Shown here: piece by piece, positions 20,397 to 30,177 of the stretch
Layout: each line of letters opens with the position of its first letter
Position numbering within the stretch: the first letter of the stretch is position 1
Origin: a virus
IMG/VR virus record: IMGVR_UViG_3300049847_000663
Location: 15,821-79,820 of that record
Direction: 5' to 3' (one strand)
Length of the DNA: 64,000 nucleotides
Translations under genes and position numbers: made by a program
The notes under the pieces: generated by a model
What the model saw: only the letters and a program-made list of their open reading frames with translations
What the model was told of the DNA's origin: nothing
Databases searched by the model: none

Positions 20397-21446
20397 ATGA
20401 ACATTCAAGAATTTAAAAAAGTATATCCTTTTCTAAGGAAACATAAAGTAACTCCTTTTTTGTGGGGAAACGAAGGGGTAGGTAAAACTCAAATTGTGGG
20501 ACAAATTGCTAAAAGTCTAGACACTGGACTTGTTCATTTGTATCTAGCCACTCAAGACGTTGGGGATTTAATTGGCCTTTTAAAACACAATCCTGACGGT
20601 TCAGTTTCACATTCTAAACCTAGTTGGTTTCCAACCCAAGGAAATGGTATTATTTTCCTAGATGAAGCAAACAGATGCCATCCTGACGTTATGCAGGCTA
20701 TGTTTAGCTTTATCACGCGAGGAATGCTTCATGAGCATGTTTTACCTCAAGGTTGGACTATTATTGCAGCAGGAAACTATGATAACGAAGATTTTAATGT
20801 GACGAGCACTTCAGACGCCGCTTGGTTATCGCGTTTTTGCCACATTGATTTTCAACCAACAACGGAAGAATTTGTTTTGTACGCGGAAAATAAAGAAGCT
20901 TATGACGTTGCCGGTTTTATCCGCGAAAATGCTGATTGTCTTGAACGAGCTAACAAAAAAGACAATTTAAACTTTATAACTCCAGATAGACGTGCTTGGC
21001 TTGAAATGGTAAGTCCACTTGACAATGAAGATGAGATTGAAAATGAGAAGTTTGAATTATTTAAAGGATGTGTTGGCCAAGCTGCAGCAAGTAGTTACAT
21101 GACTTATAAAAAGAAAAAGGAAAAAGCAGTTTCTGCAGGTCAAATCATCAATAACTACGAAAAAGTGCGAGAAACAATTTTAACTTTATCTAATCCTGAA
21201 AATGTTAGGCTTGATATGATTACAAAAACTTGTAACGAATTAATTGCTAGAATTAAAACTGATGATGAATTCCTAAAAGATGAAACAAAACTTAATAATG
21301 TATTTCAGTTTGTTTTAGATATTCCCCGAGAATCTTCTCTTACTTTTATTAATGAAATTGTTAAAACAACAAGCGTTAATAAAGGACTTATCTTAAATAA
21401 TAAGAATTTTTCAAATAGAATGAAAGTTAGAATTTTAGAAAAATAA
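20397..21446 (+). CDS. MoxR-like AAA+ ATPase
   Basis: Walker A GNEGVGKT, Walker B IIFLDEANR, IIAAGN and SRF arginine finger. Confidence 0.88.
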   Translation: MNIQEFKKVYPFLRKHKVTPFLWGNEGVGKTQIVGQIAKSLDTGLVHLYLATQDVGDLIGLLKHNPDGSVSHSKPSWFPTQGNGIIFLDEANRCHPDVMQAMFSFITRGMLHEHVLPQGWTIIAAGNYDNEDFNVTSTSDAAWLSRFCHIDFQPTTEEFVLYAENKEAYDVAGFIRENADCLERANKKDNLNFITPDRRAWLEMVSPLDNEDEIENEKFELFKGCVGQAAASSYMTYKKKKEKAVSAGQIINNYEKVRETILTLSNPENVRLDMITKTCNELIARIKTDDEFLKDETKLNNVFQFVLDIPRESSLTFINEIVKTTSVNKGLILNNKNFSNRMKVRILEK

Positions 21447-21455
21447 AGGAATAAA

Positions 21456-22556
21456 ATGCGTTTAGATAAAGCTATTAAAATATTATTAAATGAAAAACCG
21501 TTTTATGCTTATTTTTTAATTAATAGCACGGTTCTTTGGGATGCTTATGGTGTTGAAACTGCTGCGGCGGGAGTAATGAACGCCACCCCTACGCTATTAT
21601 TTAATAGTAAATTTGTTTCAACTTTAACAACTGAAGAATTAGCTGGAGTTATTGAACACGAAGTTGAACATTTAGTTCACGACCATGTAAATACGGGAAA
21701 AAACTTATCACTTGATAAACATATTCACAACATAGCAACTGACTGGTCAATTAATCAAAGAATTAAAGTTCTTCCCGAATGTGCAATTACTCACGAATCA
21801 ATGGAAAAAAAATTAGAACAACAAATAGAAAAATACCAAGATTCTATTTTTTATTATAATCTTTTACTTAAAAATCAGGATAAAATTAAAGATCTAATGC
21901 CAATGGATGACCATGATTTAGAAGAATTAATAGGAAAACTTGAAAAAAGTGGTTTAAGTCAAGCTGCTATAAAAGAAGCTTTAAGTAAAGCAATTAAACA
22001 AGCTAATGGGAATGTACCGGAACATTTAAAAAACGTTATTTCTTCTATTATGAAGCCACAAGAATTACCTTGGCAACAAATATTAAGAAATTTTATTTCA
22101 ACATCGACCTCTTCTTTAAATTTAAACACGAGGAAGAAAATTAATAGAAGATTTGGACTTGATGCGCCAGGAAAAAAGAAAAAACGCGTTTTAAATTTAG
22201 CAGTTTGTGTTGATAGTTCAGGATCAGTAAGTGACGAGCTATTTAGTCAATTTTTAAGCGAAATTTATCACATTACTAAACACACAGGTTCTACTTATTT
22301 AATTGAAATTGACTGCGAAATTAAAAAGGTTGAAAAACTTAAGAAAAAGACTAAAATTAATGAAAGAACTGGTTACGGCGGAACCGCCTACAATCCAGGC
22401 CTTAAAAAGGCTAAGGAATTAGGCTGTGACGCTGTGGTTTATATGGGTGATGGTGATTGCGCAGATACCCCAGAAAACCCTAAAATGCCAGTTCTTTGGG
22501 TTTTACCTAAAGAGACTAAATGTCCTGCTAATTTTGGAAAAACATTATACATTTGA
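21456..22556 (+). CDS. HEXXH metallopeptidase-like plus VWA domain protein (MoxR partner)
   Basis: HEVEH motif and MIDAS motifs VDSSGSV, GGT and MGDG. Confidence 0.88.
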   Translation: MRLDKAIKILLNEKPFYAYFLINSTVLWDAYGVETAAAGVMNATPTLLFNSKFVSTLTTEELAGVIEHEVEHLVHDHVNTGKNLSLDKHIHNIATDWSINQRIKVLPECAITHESMEKKLEQQIEKYQDSIFYYNLLLKNQDKIKDLMPMDDHDLEELIGKLEKSGLSQAAIKEALSKAIKQANGNVPEHLKNVISSIMKPQELPWQQILRNFISTSTSSLNLNTRKKINRRFGLDAPGKKKKRVLNLAVCVDSSGSVSDELFSQFLSEIYHITKHTGSTYLIEIDCEIKKVEKLKKKTKINERTGYGGTAYNPGLKKAKELGCDAVVYMGDGDCADTPENPKMPVLWVLPKETKCPANFGKTLYI

Positions 22557-22581
22557 TTTTAAAGGAGTTATATGTTATTAT
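22553..22581 (+). promoter_or_regulatory. sigma-70-type promoter
   Basis: TTGATT-N17-TATTAT upstream of ORF 22631. Confidence 0.55.
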
Positions 22582-22630
22582 TTGAATTGTTTTGTATTTA
22601 TGCGCTTTTTATTGTGTTTAAAGGGATTTT

Positions 22631-23407
22631 ATGATTAAAAGTTTAACAAAACATCAAGAAAACCAAATAGATGTATATTTACAAAAATGGCTTAAAATAG
22701 GATTAAGAACCGAACCTATTTGTGTAGAAAAAGCTAAAGAAGCTGCTGAATTTTTTTATGAAGAAATTTTACAAATAAAAACACCACAAATTATTTTTTT
22801 AGATTCACCGATGGCCTGTCAGATTTTTTTGAATAAAAATTCACAGCTTTATTCACAGCTTTATTCACAGCTTCGTTCACAGCTTTATTCACAGCTTCGT
22901 TCACAGCTTGATTCACAGCTTCGTTCACAGCTTGATTCACAGCTTGATTCACAGCTTTATTCACAGCTTTATTCACAGCTTGATTCACAGCTTTATTCAC
23001 AGCTTGATTCACAGCTTGATTCACAGCTTGATTCACAGCTTTATTCACAGCTTCGTTCACAGCCAAATTTAGAGCATTTTTATCCAGCCTGGTCTAATTT
23101 ATTTATGAATTATTATGGATTGTATGATTATATTTTAAATGAAATCTTTGAAGATAAAAAACCTCACTTTAATAAATTTTTACAATTTTTAAAACATTGT
23201 GAAGAATTTCATCAAATTTATATGTCTAAAGAAGTATGTTTAATATCTAATTTTCCTAAAGAAATTCACAGAAATAACAAAGGTCAATTACATAACGTTA
23301 ATGATTTAGCTTTAAGATATAGAGATGGATTTGGTCTTTATTCAGTTAATGGATCTTTAAAAAATAGTTTACTTGAAACTGTAATGGAAGAATGTTATAA
23401 TTACTAA
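22631..23407 (+). CDS. DUF6745-like protein with an internal SQL(Y/R/D) tetrapeptide array
   Basis: DSP motif, C-terminal GQLHN..LALRYRDGFGLY, and a repeat region. Confidence 0.7.
   Translation: MIKSLTKHQENQIDVYLQKWLKIGLRTEPICVEKAKEAAEFFYEEILQIKTPQIIFLDSPMACQIFLNKNSQLYSQLYSQLRSQLYSQLRSQLDSQLRSQLDSQLDSQLYSQLYSQLDSQLYSQLDSQLDSQLDSQLYSQLRSQPNLEHFYPAWSNLFMNYYGLYDYILNEIFEDKKPHFNKFLQFLKHCEEFHQIYMSKEVCLISNFPKEIHRNNKGQLHNVNDLALRYRDGFGLYSVNGSLKNSLLETVMEECYNY
22841..23062 (+). repeat. Coding tandem array: 18 x 12 bp TCACAGCTT(TAT/CGT/GAT) plus a partial unit
   Basis: Read directly from the sequence; the first 9 nt of each unit are invariant. Confidence 0.98.
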
Positions 23408-23438
23408 GCTGAGCTAAAGCTCGATAAAAGGGAGTAAA

Positions 23439-24086
23439 ATGTCCGAATTAAAATTAACACCAGAACAACAAAAAATAGCAGAAAAATATAAAACATTTTA
23501 TAAAAATGTTAATTTATGTACAAAACCCGCGGATAGAGCTTTAGTTGAGGAAACTTTTAGAAAAATATATAAAAAACAAAAAGAAAATGGTGAAAATGTA
23601 AGCTTAAATCCCATATTTCATTGGGAAGATTCACCACTTAAAGGGGCTAAAAAAGTAATTGAGCTTTTAAAAGCGCACCCAGAAACTAAAGAAAAACATA
23701 AAGATTATGATGTAAACAAAAAAGCAGACATTACAAATATTTTAAGTTTTGCAAATTATGGTTCATTTGAAGCTTATTGGGTGGCTTATTATGATTTTGA
23801 AAATACAGTATTAAATAATAACAGAAATCAAGAAGAAGTAAATTTAACAAAAACAATCTGTCAAGAATGTGGCGTTTTCTGGACTTTTAATGAAAATATT
23901 ATTATTACTGAAAAACCCATTAGAATTACAGTAAAAGATAATAAAATCCATTCTTATGACGGAGAAAAATGTATTGAATATAAAGATGGAACTGGGATTT
24001 ACGCAATTGATGGATTTCTTAAGAAAAGTCTCCTTGAAGCGGTACTTGATTCTTGTTATGAAGAGCCTAAAAATAATAATTTATAA
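23439..24086 (+). CDS. DUF6745-like protein, repeat-less paralog of 22631..23407
   Basis: Shared DSP motif, IHSYDGEKCIEYKDGTGIY, and C-terminal LKxSLLExVxxxCY. Confidence 0.7.
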   Translation: MSELKLTPEQQKIAEKYKTFYKNVNLCTKPADRALVEETFRKIYKKQKENGENVSLNPIFHWEDSPLKGAKKVIELLKAHPETKEKHKDYDVNKKADITNILSFANYGSFEAYWVAYYDFENTVLNNNRNQEEVNLTKTICQECGVFWTFNENIIITEKPIRITVKDNKIHSYDGEKCIEYKDGTGIYAIDGFLKKSLLEAVLDSCYEEPKNNNL

Positions 24087-24331
24087 AGGATTTATATGAC
24101 AAAAGAAGAAATTGAATTAGTTGAAAATGCTTTAAGACAAGACTGTCCTCCTGGAATGAAAGTTTTAGAAATTGTAACTATTCAAAATAAAGTTAAATAT
24201 TTTAATATGCCGGCCTTTTTAACCCATGTTAAGATTGAAGATGAAAAAACCGGCCTTCAAGGATCGGTTAGCCATAATACATTAAAAAGATTTAGAGAAA
24301 TTAAGAAAAAAGAAAAATATAAGGATGTTTT

Positions 24332-24844
24332 ATGAAATCCATGCTTGAGCAAATAGAAGCGGCGGGGGCTTGGGAAGATCCACTGTTTAATTCCTTGGAA
24401 CGATTTTTTTCTAAAATAAATATTCAAGAAGAAGATAGGTGCTGGGAATGGATAGGATGCAAAAACCGAAAAGGATACGGATATATCGGTTTTAAAAATA
24501 GAAACTTTTTAGCACACAGGCTTATGAAATTTTTAGCAGAACCATACGAGTTTAAAAATCAAAAACTTTTGGTTTGTCATCATTGTGATAATCCAAGTTG
24601 TGTAAATCCGAATCATTTATTTTTAGGGACTCACGCTGACAACCTGGCAGATATGTCAAAGAAAAAAAGACATTGGCTTGGAAAGAGAAGCCACTGCAAA
24701 AATGGGCATGAGCTTAACGAAGAAAACTCGCGACCTAGAAAGATCGGCGGTAGAAAATGTTTAATATGCTGTCGAAAAGCTAATGCTGCTTATAGGCGCA
24801 GACAAAAAGAAATCGCCGCGCTCGTGCCGAAGGGGGATGAATAA
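24332..24844 (+). CDS. HNH endonuclease (HNH_3 type)
   Basis: Motifs [31 protein letters not shown] and HCKNGH. Confidence 0.9.
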   Translation: MKSMLEQIEAAGAWEDPLFNSLERFFSKINIQEEDRCWEWIGCKNRKGYGYIGFKNRNFLAHRLMKFLAEPYEFKNQKLLVCHHCDNPSCVNPNHLFLGTHADNLADMSKKKRHWLGKRSHCKNGHELNEENSRPRKIGGRKCLICCRKANAAYRRRQKEIAALVPKGDE

Positions 24845-25077
24845 TGAGAAGTAAAGATCATTGTGCGTTTCCTATAGTTGTAGACGACGCATCAACAAAA
24901 CAAATGCTGCTAGATCTTTGCGACAAGCACAAAGAGATCATCGTGGAGTTGGTTGAAAGCTTAGAAGAAATAAACGAGCGCACTGTAGACGGGCCAGACG
25001 CTTGGCATAGAGCACAACAAGCCCTCGCAAAAGTCGAGGCGCGATTGAAACAAACCCACGGCGCGGAAGGATAGAGG

Positions 25078-25416
25078 ATGAGTAATTTACTTAAGGAAAC
25101 AATAGAATACTTAAAAAGAAACAATAAAACTCCTTCTGACGTACTTTGGTGCGGAAACACCGAATTTTATTTTTCGTGGGAAGTTTTCACAGAAATGGCG
25201 AACAAAGAATATAACGACGGCTATGGCGGTAATAACGTGCCTCTTGAGCTAAAGATCGTAGGTAAAGATTTTTGGCTTGAAAGACATGAATATGACGGAT
25301 CAGAATGGTGGGAGTATAAAGAACTTCCAATGAAACCTGAATTGAATTCCGCTCCAAATGATTTATTCTGTGGTTCTTGCGACTTAGAACCCCAAGACAA
25401 AAAGGGCGAAGGATGA
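25078..25416 (+). CDS. Conserved phage hypothetical protein
   Basis: YNDGYGG...WLERHEYDGSEWWEY motif. Confidence 0.6.
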   Translation: MSNLLKETIEYLKRNNKTPSDVLWCGNTEFYFSWEVFTEMANKEYNDGYGGNNVPLELKIVGKDFWLERHEYDGSEWWEYKELPMKPELNSAPNDLFCGSCDLEPQDKKGEG

Positions 25417-27570
25417 GTGAATCATGTACTTACTGCGAAAATAAAATCTGCGGCTGTTGCTGTGAAAACGGTAAGTTTGGCGACGGCCACGAATGTAGAA
25501 AGCAGCCTGACACCACCCCAAAGCCCACACAGAGCGATAGCGACGAAAGTCGCCGCTCCCTCGACGAGCGAAGGGATGAGCTGGCTAAAAAAGAAATCTT
25601 TGAAGCTATGTCACAGGACACGCTTGAGACGATGTTTAAAAAAGGCTGGGACGCCGCCATAACCGAGATGCAGGCGGAATTTGAACGGCTGTGTGGTGTG
25701 CAAAATTGCCCATCTTGCGGAGAGCAGATGCAATGGACACCAGACGACTACAAAACATTCAAAGCTACTGAAATAGAAAACCAAAAGCTGCGTGAGGCGC
25801 TTGAGTTTGCAATCGAATATTTAGAGCCAAGACTTGCAAATAAACACGGTTCGCGTGGCCTAAAGGTAATATTACCTGCATTGAAAAAAGTCCTGGAGGG
25901 GAAATGAGTGAGCACGAAAAGGTAACTAAAGACATAATTCCCCACGCTCAAATGATCTCTATGTACATTGGTCAGTGGCGTAGAGTTGATGGAGAATACA
26001 CCAAAGCCCTAGATCTCCTGCGCGAGGTCTCAACTTATCTTAACGACAAGATTGCAGTTTTACCTTGCGAAAGTCGCCAGCGAGATTTACCAGAGGATGA
26101 GTGGGGGCACTTAATGTTTTTAAGAGACAAGCTCGACAAGTTTTTAGGGAGAGATGCATAAAAGATGGAAATTTATAAATGTCTAGTGTGCGGGGTGCAG
26201 AACTGGAAGCATTCAATAGTAAGCTGTGAAGGATGCAAACCGCATCCTGCCGTAGAATGTATAAATTGTAAAACGCAATGGGATAATTTGCATGGAAGTA
26301 TAATTTATGAAGCGGTTTGTAAAAGTTACGGAGTGAACAACTCAAGAGATATAAATAAAAAGCTTGATGAGTTTTTAGGAGAAGGAAATGAATAAATTAA
26401 AAGAAATTATCGATAAATGGTCTCAAGAAGGAATTAGATTCCCATTCGCTTATGATAACGAAGGTGGAAAAGGAAGTGCAACTCTTTTATTTTACTACGT
26501 TTTTAGTGTATTTTTAATTATATCTTTAATTCTTCTTCATTTTAATATAGAATATACCATGGCAACTTGTGTAACAGCTATGGTTTGGATTATTTCTTAT
26601 ATTTGCTATAGAGTTAGAAAAATTGATAAGTTTAAACTAGATTTAGATGATAAGAGTCTAGAGGTTGAAGCGGATGACGCGGATTGATTTTACTAATATA
26701 TATCATCATTATAATTCAAATTTATACATTGATGAACTTGATATATTAAATAATATAATTTTTTATAAAAAGCCGGGAAATTATTTTTTAATTGGATTTT
26801 TTAAACAGGATATTGATTATTATGAATAAAGTTAAAGTATTTAGAAAACGATGCCAAAATTGGGAAGTTGAGGAGAGAATCATATTTATAACAATGTGCT
26901 ATAAAATATGGACACGTTGTGATTATACATATACTACGTATTTAGATGGTATTTTTGTTTATGATGGTGATTTTTATGGCTAAAAGAAAAAGAATTGAAT
27001 ATACAAAACACCCAGAAGATCCCAACATTTGGATTTCATGTGAAATTTCTTTAAAAAAGAAACGAGTGCGCGCTGTTATAAACTGGCATAATCACACTTT
27101 TGAAATTATGGATTCAATTGGGGAATCTGTTTTTAGTGGAGAAAAAACTGGAGAAGACTACGAATCTCTTCTTAGACGAGTTAAGCGTGTATTAATTAAA
27201 CTTGGAGCTAAAGTTGAAAAGAAAAAAGTTAAACCTAAGCAAAAGTAGTTATACTCGAATTAGAGAAGCTGCGTTAAATAGCTATAAAACTGCGGTAGTT
27301 ACATCTGACTTAACTGATGTATTTCTTTCAGCTTGTTGGACAAGCGCCGTAGTTATTGAACTTCAAAAATTAGGATTAATGGAAGAAATTGACTGGACGT
27401 CTATTGATTTAAAACAAAATATAAACGTGGAAAGTGACGATGAATAAAATTATAGTTTGTAGAACTAAAACTTTAGTACCATCGTCTTTTGATATGAAAT
27501 ATCCGGTGTGCATGATATATGATTTGTATCCATTGAACATAATAAATTTATTCAGACATGGGTTTTTCGT

Positions 27571-28425
27571 ATGATAAAATTATCTCACTCAGCTAAAGAA
27601 CTTTATAAAAGATGCCCTAAAGCTTATTACATTCATTACATGCTTAACTTAAGAAAAAAAGTTGTAGGATCGGCGCTGCCGTTTGGTTCAGCTATCGATG
27701 CTGCTCTTGAAGTTCTTCTTAAAGAAAAAGATTTAGTAAAAGCTAAGGAAATTTTTAAAACTAAATGGTTTACCTTTGAAATTAATAAAAAACCGGTAAA
27801 TGGACCAGAAACAACCCAAATACGTTATTATAAGGCCGATATGGACCCGGCAATGTTTGAGGAAGGTGAAGTTACCACTCAACACGAAAGTCTTTATAGA
27901 AAAGGAATAATGTTTCTAGAGGCTTATAAAGATCAGGTGGTCCCAAAAGTTAAAAAGGTTTTAGGCACGCAAATCCCAATATCTATTAAAAACGCAACGG
28001 GAGACGAAATAGTTGGATTTATTGACTTAAAATGTGAATGGGAAGATGGTCGAATCTTAATCGTTGATAATAAAACTTCAAGTCGAGCCTATAAAACTGA
28101 TATAATTCAAACAATTGACGCTAGCCAGCTGGCCTTATATGGGTTTGCCGATAAAGAACATGATGCTTTAGCTTATTTTGTTATTAATAAAGAAATTAGG
28201 AAGAAAAAAGAACCTAGGGTTGTTATTCAAACTATTATAGACAAAGCACCAAAAGAAGTAATTGAAAAAACTCTTGACAGTTTCGATCAAACGTTATATA
28301 ACATAAGAAATGGTTTATTTCCTTCAAATAATCCTGACTGTTTTGCTTACGGAGAAGAATGTACTTGTCAGCTATTTGAACGAGAAGGCTACACCGCTTT
28401 TGATTATGTCGGAAAGGACAAATAA
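27571..28425 (+). CDS. PD-(D/E)XK (RecB/Cas4-like) exonuclease
   Basis: Motifs LSHS...RCPK, GFIDL, IVDNKTS and QLALY. Confidence 0.85.
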   Translation: MIKLSHSAKELYKRCPKAYYIHYMLNLRKKVVGSALPFGSAIDAALEVLLKEKDLVKAKEIFKTKWFTFEINKKPVNGPETTQIRYYKADMDPAMFEEGEVTTQHESLYRKGIMFLEAYKDQVVPKVKKVLGTQIPISIKNATGDEIVGFIDLKCEWEDGRILIVDNKTSSRAYKTDIIQTIDASQLALYGFADKEHDALAYFVINKEIRKKKEPRVVIQTIIDKAPKEVIEKTLDSFDQTLYNIRNGLFPSNNPDCFAYGEECTCQLFEREGYTAFDYVGKDK

Positions 28426-28765
28426 TGAGCACCAATCAAACTAAGAATAAGGATATTTTAAAAACTATTTCTGAGCGTTTTATTAAACCTAAAGTTACAG
28501 AAGATTCAGTAACTGAAGTTAAAACTGAAACGGTCCCACAACACATTGAAGTTACCCCAACAAAAAAACATATAGCTTTTGATGTTATTTCTATGGGAAA
28601 AGATTATTTAATTGTTGAAATTGAATACGATCTTAACACTATGACTTCTACTTTACTTTCATCAACTCCTCTGGATAACCGAGTAGCGGGTCTTTCTTTT
28701 CAACACGGAAAAAGCGGTCTTGAAGGTGTAGTTAATAGAACGAAACGAATGAAGGAAGGTAAAAA

Positions 28766-29299
28766 ATGAGCAATTTGATTTACAAAAAAATGTCAGAAGT
28801 AATGATGGATGTAGGATCTATTTCTAAAGATCAAACTAATTCAGCTCAGGGTTTTAAATTTAGAGGAATTGACCAGTTTGTAAACGCTCTTTATCCAGCA
28901 TTAACTAAACATGGTGTTTTTATGACACCCCGCACTACTCAATATGAAACCGAACTTAGAGAAGTAACTCGTTCTAATGGAAAGTCTGGAGTAGATAAAC
29001 ATGTAAAGTTAATGGTGGAGTATGACTTTTTTGCAGAAGATGGATCTAAAGTTACAGTTGGGCCAATTGCAGCGGAAGGTTTGGACTCAGGGGATAAAGC
29101 TACTAACAAGGCATTAAGTGCCGCTTTAAAGTACGCTTTAATTCAAACATTTAGTATCCCGACAGTAGACATGGTTGATAGTGACAGTGATAGCCCTGAA
29201 ATTACGACAACTAAAACAACACAAGTAAAAACAGTAACGTCTAACGGTAAACTTGATTCAAAATCTTCATTCTCTAACGGAACGACAAAGGCATTTTAA
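28766..29299 (+). CDS. ERF-family ssDNA-annealing protein
   Basis: Motifs GFKFRGID and DSGDKATNKALSAALKYALIQTFSIPT. Confidence 0.88.
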   Translation: MSNLIYKKMSEVMMDVGSISKDQTNSAQGFKFRGIDQFVNALYPALTKHGVFMTPRTTQYETELREVTRSNGKSGVDKHVKLMVEYDFFAEDGSKVTVGPIAAEGLDSGDKATNKALSAALKYALIQTFSIPTVDMVDSDSDSPEITTTKTTQVKTVTSNGKLDSKSSFSNGTTKAF

Positions 29300-29617
29300 T
29301 GAGCGAACAAAAACAAACAATCCAAGATCCAGAAAAAGAATATGAAGCCGCCAGACATTTATTTCACACTGAAACTTATCAAAATCAATTAGCGACTATT
29401 GTAAACGGTATGGCTCAAAAAAAAGGTAAAGGAATTGGTCGAGTACTTAGAAAATTGGTTCTTGAGCCAATGGACGGAGTAAACGGCGCTCCAGTAGAAC
29501 TTTTAGGAGACGACGAAAGAAGTCTTTATGAGTACTGCAAAGAGATTATGTACGCAAAAGGTGTAATTGTTAGAAATCATATTAATTCGTTAAATGAAGA
29601 AAATAAAGGAGAAACAA

Positions 29618-30076
29618 ATGGGTAAATGGGCAAAAATCGGAAATGTAGTAAAATCTAAAGAAAATAATGGACAGTATATTAAGTTTGCTGATAATATTAC
29701 AGTTCTTAAAGACAGCGAAGAAATGGATATGAACGTTTCTCGAACTGCAAATATTATAATGTTTGAAGCTACTGGAATGGTTCTTGGGGAAATTCTTATT
29801 AAAAAAGAAAAGATTGCGGAGATTCGCAAAGGAAAAGAAGGTAAACCTAATTATGTTAGTTTTGATAAAAATGTAAGTTTTAAGGTAGACGCGGTTCCAT
29901 TTAAAGCGAATAAAGATAATGTTGCGCACTTACAAGATCCCGTTCAGAATTTAGAAAAACTTATTAAACTAGGTAAAGTTAAAGAAGAAGACGTTGAATC
30001 TCGACGAAAAAAAGTAGAACAAATCGCCACATGGCTCATTTATGAAGTAGTTGCTCCTGACAATACGACAAAATAA
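29618..30076 (+). CDS. Hypothetical protein, possibly an ssDNA-binding protein
   Basis: Beta-rich, last gene of the recombination operon before a terminator. Positional inference. Confidence 0.35.
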   Translation: MGKWAKIGNVVKSKENNGQYIKFADNITVLKDSEEMDMNVSRTANIIMFEATGMVLGEILIKKEKIAEIRKGKEGKPNYVSFDKNVSFKVDAVPFKANKDNVAHLQDPVQNLEKLIKLGKVKEEDVESRRKKVEQIATWLIYEVVAPDNTTK

Positions 30077-30110
30077 GATTACTTCGTAAAATCTCCCTCC
30101 TTTAGTTTGG

Positions 30111-30139
30111 GGGCAGGGGTAAAATCCTGCCCTTTTTTT
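30111..30139 (+). terminator. Rho-independent terminator
   Basis: GGGCAGG-loop-CCTGCCC followed by T7. Confidence 0.85.
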
Positions 30140-30141
30140 AT

Positions 30142-30170
30142 TTGTAAAAATTTATATCTAGTGGTATAAT
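30142..30170 (+). promoter_or_regulatory. sigma-70-type promoter for the replication operon
   Basis: TTGTAA-N17-TATAAT with an extended TG. Confidence 0.7.
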
Positions 30171-30177
30171 AATTTTA

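Noticed and set aside
22841-23062. CRISPR array or DGR variable region
   Set aside because: The units are 12 bp and in frame with no unique spacers. There is no cas operon or reverse transcriptase, and the variation is not adenine-specific.
22791-23066. Minus-strand ORF with AVN(K/Q/E) repeats
   Set aside because: It is the antisense shadow of the stop-free 12-bp array.
27571-28425. cas4 as part of a CRISPR system
   Set aside because: It sits with ERF in a recombination operon, with no other cas genes or array.
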